Assembly: GCA_030612725.1 (NCBI GenBank)
Contig: JAUWNJ010000001.1
Coordinates: 134,648-198,647, forward strand
Reading direction: 5' to 3'
Source: Planctomycetales bacterium
GTDB taxonomy: Bacteria > Planctomycetota > Phycisphaerae > SM23-33
Length of the DNA: 64,000 nucleotides
Both the position numbers and the translations under genes were made by a program. A model generated the notes under the pieces. The model saw only the letters and a list, made by a program, of their open reading frames with translations, was not told the origin of the DNA and made no database searches. Shown piece by piece: positions 57,988 through 64,000 of this stretch. Numbering within the stretch: the stretch's first letter is position 1; each line of letters begins with the position of its first letter.

Positions 57988-58067
57988 CCTCAGAGAATCG
58001 TTTTTACGATGGGGATTCTAACCTGACGCTGCGATGAAAGGAAACGCCAAATACGTGCTGGAAAAAA

Positions 58068-58161
58068 TAGCAGGGATACAGGGGATGCAAAGGATAGATA
58101 TTTGTTGTTAAAAAAAAAGAACAAAAGTATTTTATCCCCTGTATCCCTTGCATCCCTGCTA
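58068..58161. repeat. Inverted pair of 9-bp arrays (nCAnnGGAT)
   Basis: TAGCAGGGATACAGGGGATGCAAAGGATA / TATCCCCTGTATCCCTTGCATCCCTGCTA around an AT-rich spacer. Confidence 0.8.
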
Positions 58162-58229
58162 ATCTTTCTGCAGATTCGAGTTTGCTCTACTTGCTTGACT
58201 TGAACTGAAGCGACATTGAGAATCCCTGC

Positions 58230-59276
58230 ATGGACAAACCGAAAGTAACCGCCGTCATTCCTTGCTACAACGTCTCGGAAGCCTGCGTGGACGTGATTGC
58301 CCGCTGCCAGGCTTACGCCGACCGGGTCATCGCCGTCGATGACGGTTCGACCGACGACACGCTGGAGTGGATAAAGACCACCGGATGCGAGGTCATCGCC
58401 CTACCGGAAAATCAGGGCAAGGGCGTGGCGCTGCGGCATGGATTCAAAGCCGCAATCGCCGACGACTGCGACTATGTCGTTACGCTCGACAGCGACGGCC
58501 AGCACCTGCCCGAAGAAATACCCAACCTCGTCTCGGCGGCGGTCGAGACCGGAAGCGACGTTGTCGTCGGCTCGCGCCGCGTTTCGGAGATGCCGCCACA
58601 GAGGCAGGTGGGAAACCTGCTGACGCGGTGGACCTTTCGCCTCCAGACAGGCAAAAAACTCCGCGATACGCAGACGGGTTATCGCCTCTTCACGCCGACC
58701 GCCTTGCGAAATATAATGCCGGGATTGTCGTGGGGCAGGTACGAGACCGAAATGGCGATGCTCTTCAACGCCGACCATGTGGGTCTGAAGATGACCACCG
58801 CGACGATATCCACCGTCTATATCGGCGACAATAAACTCACCTCCTTCCGCAACCTGCCCGATTCGATGCGGATATTTTTTGTTGTCCTGCGCTACGCCGC
58901 AGCCGGTATCTCATCGGCGGTACTGGAGTTCGCGCTGTTTTCTGCAATCGTGGGGCTGTTTCACATTCATTACATTCCGGCCCTGCTGATTTCACGGGCG
59001 GTCGCGCTGGTTAATCATTATCTCGTCTCGCGTTTTTTCGCGTTCCGCGTGCGGAAGAAGATTCACCGCGACGAGATGTTCCGCTACGCAGTGGTGGCCG
59101 GGATTAACCTGGCGGCGTCATTTGCGTTTCTGCATCTGATGATAAGCGCAGCCGGACTTAACGCGATACTTGCCAAGGCCGTCTCGCAAACCGTCCTGTT
59201 CTGGGTAACGTTTTTCCTTCTGAAGCAATACACGTTCAAAGTTTCCCTCCGCGCACAAGCAGCGGCAGGACCATAG
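58230..59276 (+). CDS. GT2 glycosyltransferase-GtrA fusion
   Basis: VIPCYN, VDDGSTD, NQGKG.AL, TLDSDGQH, DTQTGYR, four-TM GtrA-like C-terminus. Confidence 0.88.
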   Translation: MDKPKVTAVIPCYNVSEACVDVIARCQAYADRVIAVDDGSTDDTLEWIKTTGCEVIALPENQGKGVALRHGFKAAIADDCDYVVTLDSDGQHLPEEIPNLVSAAVETGSDVVVGSRRVSEMPPQRQVGNLLTRWTFRLQTGKKLRDTQTGYRLFTPTALRNIMPGLSWGRYETEMAMLFNADHVGLKMTTATISTVYIGDNKLTSFRNLPDSMRIFFVVLRYAAAGISSAVLEFALFSAIVGLFHIHYIPALLISRAVALVNHYLVSRFFAFRVRKKIHRDEMFRYAVVAGINLAASFAFLHLMISAAGLNAILAKAVSQTVLFWVTFFLLKQYTFKVSLRAQAAAGP

Positions 59277-59408
59277 GGGAACGCTGAAAATCAGACACAA
59301 GGCGCCGTTTTTCGATGCAGTACTGGTTTCCTGTCGGCGTTTTGCCTTTGACAAGCAGCCTTTATCGGTCAAAATACCCTCTTTGGAACTTTTAACAGGG
59401 AGTCTGGA

Positions 59409-60233
59409 ATGCTTTGGGAAGAACTTACCGCCGATGATTTTGCACAGGCCGTTGTCGATTGCCGGCGAACATGCGTGCTGCCTATGGGCGTCCTCGAGCG
59501 CCACGGTCCTCACATGCCGCTCGGTACCGACATGATCGACGCCCATTACGTCGCCGCCCAGGCGGCCCGGCGCGAACCGACAGTGGTCTTTCCCCAGTGG
59601 TTCCTCGGGCAAATCCTCGAAGCTAGATGCTTCCCCGGAACGATAGCCATACCGCCGAAACTGCTGCTGGAAGTGATGCTGACCGTCCTCGACGAGATCG
59701 GACGGAACGGGTTCACCAAAATAATCATCTACAACGGCCACGGGGGAAATGGCGCACTGGTGAAATACCTTTGCCAAAGCCAGTTGGCCGAAGAAAAACC
59801 CTACAGTGTCTATTCGCTGTACTACGACGCCGGTATAAGCGACGAGGACCTCACCCACCTCCGCAAAGAGGTCTGGACCACCGAAGACCACCATGCCGGT
59901 GAGAGTGAAACATCACTGATAATGGCTCACCGTCCCGACCTGGTGAAGATGGACGCATTAGCCGGACAGGTCGGTAAAGCCCTGGGCCGACTCGACCACA
60001 TCAAACCCGGTTCTTCGACGATGGACTGGTACGCCGACTATCCGGAACATTACGCCGGCGACGCCCGGAAAGCATCAGCCGAGAAGGGCAAAGTCTTCGC
60101 CGAGGCTATGATTAACGGACTGGCGCGTTTTATCAGCGCCGTCAAGAACGACACCGTTGCGGGTGAACTGTCTGAGGAATTCTTCCGTCGCGAGCGGGAA
60201 TTGCGAAGCACCCGAAAGGAACGCGAAACGTGA
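59409..60233 (+). CDS. Creatininase/creatinine amidohydrolase family
   Basis: LP.G.LE.HGPH.PLGTD, NGHGGN, HAGE.ETS. Confidence 0.92.
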   Translation: MLWEELTADDFAQAVVDCRRTCVLPMGVLERHGPHMPLGTDMIDAHYVAAQAARREPTVVFPQWFLGQILEARCFPGTIAIPPKLLLEVMLTVLDEIGRNGFTKIIIYNGHGGNGALVKYLCQSQLAEEKPYSVYSLYYDAGISDEDLTHLRKEVWTTEDHHAGESETSLIMAHRPDLVKMDALAGQVGKALGRLDHIKPGSSTMDWYADYPEHYAGDARKASAEKGKVFAEAMINGLARFISAVKNDTVAGELSEEFFRRERELRSTRKERET

Positions 60234-61144
60234 GTCATCACAGACGACATTTTCTGGAAAAGTTGCAGGTGCAGATCGCATCGGTTGGGGCGCTGGCGGC
60301 TGTTTATTTTCTCATCGCACCGGCGTTTCGGACCTGGGAACCTGGCGGGGCGGTTGTCTTTGTTCCGATGGGCGATTACGGACGACTTGCAATTTTTGCT
60401 GTCGCGGTCTGGATAATATCGGCCTGCTGTGCTGCGATGACGATTTCGGCCAGACCCGAAGGCGCGCTTCTGGCGACGATTATCGGAGCGGCGGGATTCA
60501 GTTTCGCCAGCGGCCCGATGCGAATGCTGCTGTGGCAATGGGACGGGCACTTCGGCAAACTCTTCGCGCTGCTGGTAGCCGAAGTTCTTGCAATGGTAGC
60601 CGTGACACTCGGCGCTATGGTAGTCATTTGTCTGGTCCGGGCAGGTATGCGACGCTCGTTCCCCAATCTGACCTGGGGTGCGCCGATACCAGCGGCGAAA
60701 ACCACCGAGAGTCAAACCGGTAAAACGCAGGCGACCCATGCCGCCGGAGCAGTTGTTATGGAACTGGCAATTGCGATGCTGCTGCTGGTGGTAACCTTCA
60801 GGTCAACAGACCGCGGACAGATCGCCTTCGCACTGGCGGCGAGTTTCTTCGTCGCTTCGGTGGCGGCCCATCAGATTTTTCCAATACGTGTATCAGCGCC
60901 GCTGTTGCTTGGTCCGATACTTATGGCGGTGCTGGTTTTCGGATTCGGATGGGCGGGTCTGGGTAGCGATGGGAACTCCAACTGGTATGCCGCGCAAATG
61001 GTCGCGCAAAACCTTCCCCTACGCGCCGCTCTGCCGATAGACTGGATGACACTGGGAACTGGCGGAGCAGTGGCGGGGTTCTGGCTTAGCAGCCGAATGC
61101 ACGAAACCAAACTGTCCGGACCGAAACCACAAAAAGAATCGTAA
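60230..61144 (+). CDS. Hypothetical multi-pass membrane protein
   Basis: About eight hydrophobic helices, coupled to the upstream stop (GTGA). Confidence 0.7.
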   Translation: MSHHRRHFLEKLQVQIASVGALAAVYFLIAPAFRTWEPGGAVVFVPMGDYGRLAIFAVAVWIISACCAAMTISARPEGALLATIIGAAGFSFASGPMRMLLWQWDGHFGKLFALLVAEVLAMVAVTLGAMVVICLVRAGMRRSFPNLTWGAPIPAAKTTESQTGKTQATHAAGAVVMELAIAMLLLVVTFRSTDRGQIAFALAASFFVASVAAHQIFPIRVSAPLLLGPILMAVLVFGFGWAGLGSDGNSNWYAAQMVAQNLPLRAALPIDWMTLGTGGAVAGFWLSSRMHETKLSGPKPQKES

Positions 61145-61182
61145 ATCCTGTAACCAAACACACGAAAAGGAGATATACCAAA

Positions 61183-61950
61183 ATGAGTCATTCCTGTATC
61201 GCCGTGCAAATGTACACGCTTCGTGAGTTTCTCAAGACGCCCGCCGATATCGCCAAAACGCTGGCGAAGGTCAAAGCCATCGGCTACGAAGCCGTCCAGG
61301 TTTCCGGCTTTGGACCGTGCGACCCTGCCGAGGTGGCGAAAATCCTCGAAGGCGAAGGACTCATCTGCGCCTCTTCTCATACTTCGCTGGAGAGGCTGGA
61401 AGAAGAACTCGACGCCTTCATTGAAGAGCACCACCTCTGGGGATGTAAGCATACCGCCATAGCCTCAATGCCCGGAGAATATCACAATCCCGACGGCATC
61501 CTGACTTTTGCGTCCAAAGCTGACGAAATCGGAAGCAAACTCGCCCAGGCCGGTATCGTGCTTTCCTATCACAACCACGATTTCGAGTTCGCCAAAGCCG
61601 GCGATAAGACCTGGCTGGAGATACTTTACGACAACACCGACCCGAAGAACCTCCAGGCCGAACTGGACACCTACTGGGTTCAGTCCGGCGGAGGCGACCC
61701 GGCCGAGTGGATACGCAAATACCCCGGAAGGATGCAGATGATGCACGTCAAGGACATGGTCATCGGACCCGACGGACAACGGTTCGCCGAGATCGGCGAG
61801 GGCAACCTCAACTGGCCTGCGATTCTGTCGGCTGCTAAGGACACCGGAGTCGAATGGTATTGCGTCGAGCAGGATGACTGCTACGGGCGCGACCCGTTCG
61901 AGTCCCTGAAAATCTCACTGGAAAATCTCCACGAGATGGGATTGAAATAA
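61183..61950 (+). CDS. Sugar phosphate isomerase/epimerase (xylose isomerase-like TIM barrel)
   Basis: Q.YTLR, YHNHDFEF, ELDTYW, HVKD, EIGEG.L.W, VEQD. SD AAGGAG. Confidence 0.9.
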   Translation: MSHSCIAVQMYTLREFLKTPADIAKTLAKVKAIGYEAVQVSGFGPCDPAEVAKILEGEGLICASSHTSLERLEEELDAFIEEHHLWGCKHTAIASMPGEYHNPDGILTFASKADEIGSKLAQAGIVLSYHNHDFEFAKAGDKTWLEILYDNTDPKNLQAELDTYWVQSGGGDPAEWIRKYPGRMQMMHVKDMVIGPDGQRFAEIGEGNLNWPAILSAAKDTGVEWYCVEQDDCYGRDPFESLKISLENLHEMGLK

Positions 61951-61968
61951 CGCTTAACGATTTGAATT

Positions 61969-63162
61969 ATGTCTGAAAATGAAAAATCCGGTTACTTCGG
62001 ACCTTACGGTGGGCAGTTCGTCCCCGAGACGCTGATGTCGGCATTGGCGCAGTTGCAGCGCGAGTATCGCGCTGCGATGGCCGATGAGACCTTCATTGCC
62101 GAGTTCGACCGTTGTCTGCGTGAAATCGCAGGCAGGCCGAGCGAGATGTACTTCGCGCGTCGGCTGACCGAGCAACTCGGCGGCGCGAAAATATATCTCA
62201 AGCGCGAGGACATGAACCACACCGGCGCGCACAAGATAAACAACACCCTTGGCCAGGCGCTGCTGACGCTGCGAATGGGTAAAAAGCGGGTTATCGCCGA
62301 GACAGGCGCAGGCCAGCACGGTGTGGCGACCGCGACGGCAGCGGCAGTCTTTGGCTTGGACTGCGAAGTGTACATGGGCACGGAGGACATTCGCCGACAG
62401 GCTTTGAATGTCTTCCGCATGGAACTTCTCGGCGCTCGCGTCATACCAGTTACCACCGGTCAGCGGACGCTCAAGGACGCCTGCAACGAGGCGATGCGTG
62501 ACTGGATGGGGTCGGTTGAGCATACGCACTACATACTAGGCTCGGTCGTCGGGCCTGCACCTTTCCCGGAAATGGTCCGCGAGTTTCAATGCTGCATCGG
62601 ACGAGAATCACGCGAGCAGATGCTCAAAATCGAAAGCCGATTGCCGGATACAATTGTCGCCTGTATCGGCGGCGGGTCAAATGCCGCCGGTATCTTCGTG
62701 CCGATGATCGACGATGAAACCGTCGAGATGATCGGCGTCGAAGCCGGCGGGCGCAGCATGGGTCTGGGCGACCACGCCGCATCGCTGGTGGCCGGGCAGC
62801 CGGGCGTGCTGCACGGGGCCAGAAGCTACGTGCTTCAGGATGCCGACGGGCAGACCGCGCAGGTTCACAGCGTCTCCGCCGGATTGGACTACCCCGGCGT
62901 CGGTCCTGAACACGCATACTGGAAAGACACCGGCAGAGTAAGATACACCACGTGCAGCGACGATGACGCACTCGATGCCGTCGTCGCGCTCTCGCGGGCA
63001 GAAGGGATTATCCCCGCCCTCGAGTCCGCCCACGCCGTCGCAGAGGCGATGAAAATCGCTCCGAAAATGAAGCCCGAGCAGATTCTCCTTATCAACCTCT
63101 CAGGCAGGGGAGATAAGGACTGCAACGAGATAGCGGATATTTTGGAACGACGGAAGAAATAG
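61969..63162 (+). CDS. trpB: Tryptophan synthase beta chain
   Basis: [51 protein letters not shown]. Confidence 0.98.
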   Translation: MSENEKSGYFGPYGGQFVPETLMSALAQLQREYRAAMADETFIAEFDRCLREIAGRPSEMYFARRLTEQLGGAKIYLKREDMNHTGAHKINNTLGQALLTLRMGKKRVIAETGAGQHGVATATAAAVFGLDCEVYMGTEDIRRQALNVFRMELLGARVIPVTTGQRTLKDACNEAMRDWMGSVEHTHYILGSVVGPAPFPEMVREFQCCIGRESREQMLKIESRLPDTIVACIGGGSNAAGIFVPMIDDETVEMIGVEAGGRSMGLGDHAASLVAGQPGVLHGARSYVLQDADGQTAQVHSVSAGLDYPGVGPEHAYWKDTGRVRYTTCSDDDALDAVVALSRAEGIIPALESAHAVAEAMKIAPKMKPEQILLINLSGRGDKDCNEIADILERRKK

Positions 63163-63193
63163 TCCAAGGATTACACAGATTATAAAGAAACAG

Positions 63194-64000
63194 ATGAGCA
63201 ATTTACGGGACAATCGATTGGTTAAAACGTTCGCTGACCTTCGTGCTGCGGGCAGGAAGGCGCTTATGCCTTTTTTGACTGCCGGTTATCCGGACCTGGA
63301 GACGACGGCTGCGTTGTTGAAGGATTTCGAGGCTCGCGGCGTGCGGATTGTGGAACTGGGAATTCCGTTTTCCGACCCGATTGCCGACGGACCTACGATC
63401 CAGACCTCCTATACCGACGCGCTTTCCAGCGGCGTTACCAGCGAAAAAATCTTCGATATGGTCCGCTCATATCGAAAATCTTCAAATCCGCAATCCGCAA
63501 TCCGCAATCCGCAATTGGCCTTAGTTGCGATGGTCAGTTATTCCATCGTCTTCAAGCATGGCGTCGAGTCGTATCTTGCCGAAGCAGCCGGTGCCGGCTT
63601 CGACGGAATTATCATCCCTGACCTGCCGCTGGAGGAAGCAGCCGACCTGGAACCGCTGGCGTCCTCAGCCGGCTTGGCCAATGTGATGCTTATCGCCCCG
63701 ACGACCCCGCCGGAGCGCAGACTTGAAATCGCCCGTCACTCGCGCGGGTTTATCTATTACATTTCCATCGCGGGCATCACCGGCGAGCGAGTCCGCCTGC
63801 CGGAGCAGAGCATCCGCACTGTGGCTGAACTTCGCACGCACACCGACACGCCGGTCTGCATCGGCTTTGGCGTTTCCAATGCCGAAACAGTCGCCCACGT
63901 TTGCGAGGTCGCCGACGGCGCGATTGTCGGCTCTGCCATCATCCACCGCATCACCGACGCCAAAGACGCCCCCCGCGACGAACTGGTCGGAAAAGTCGGC
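63194..64000 (+). CDS. trpA: Tryptophan synthase alpha chain (partial, runs off window end)
   Basis: Not in the ORF track. MPFLTAGYPD, ELGIPFSDPIADGPTIQ, IIPDLPLEE, APTT, GFIYYIS..GITG, GFGVS, DGAIVGSA. Confidence 0.95.
   Translation, partial: MSNLRDNRLVKTFADLRAAGRKALMPFLTAGYPDLETTAALLKDFEARGVRIVELGIPFSDPIADGPTIQTSYTDALSSGVTSEKIFDMVRSYRKSSNPQSAIRNPQLALVAMVSYSIVFKHGVESYLAEAAGAGFDGIIIPDLPLEEAADLEPLASSAGLANVMLIAPTTPPERRLEIARHSRGFIYYISIAGITGERVRLPEQSIRTVAELRTHTDTPVCIGFGVSNAETVAHVCEVADGAIVGSAIIHRITDAKDAPRDELVGKVG

Overview
This 64-kb window is GC-rich bacterial chromosome. The PEP-CTERM proteins, a DUF1559-type prepilin, a Lys/Ala histone-like protein and BatA/VWA proteins point to Planctomycetota, probably Phycisphaerae (inference). 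Most of it is housekeeping DNA: aconitase, trpE/trpC/trpB/trpA, leuS, leuD-like, class II ribonucleotide reductase nrdJ with tandem NrdR boxes, cinA, mgtE, rsmE and glycosylation genes. I recognised no rRNA, tRNA, CRISPR array, transposase or integrase. Items worth follow-up: (1) an iron locus in which DtxR-feoA-feoB and hemP lead, through a direct-repeat/terminator leader, into a PEP-CTERM + DUF1559 pilin-like + His-rich FmdE-like cassette instead of a TonB-dependent receptor; (2) many 7-10-bp tandem repeats, often as inverted pairs, one of which (AATCCGC) sits in frame in both leuS and trpA; (3) two apparently stand-alone small RNAs, one with two identical anti-Shine-Dalgarno loops; (4) two small Cys-rich proteins missed by the ORF track, one a metallothionein candidate behind an ArsR gene; (5) several REP/MITE-like palindrome families; (6) two frameshifted genes. 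All product calls come from motif recognition by eye; no database searches were run.
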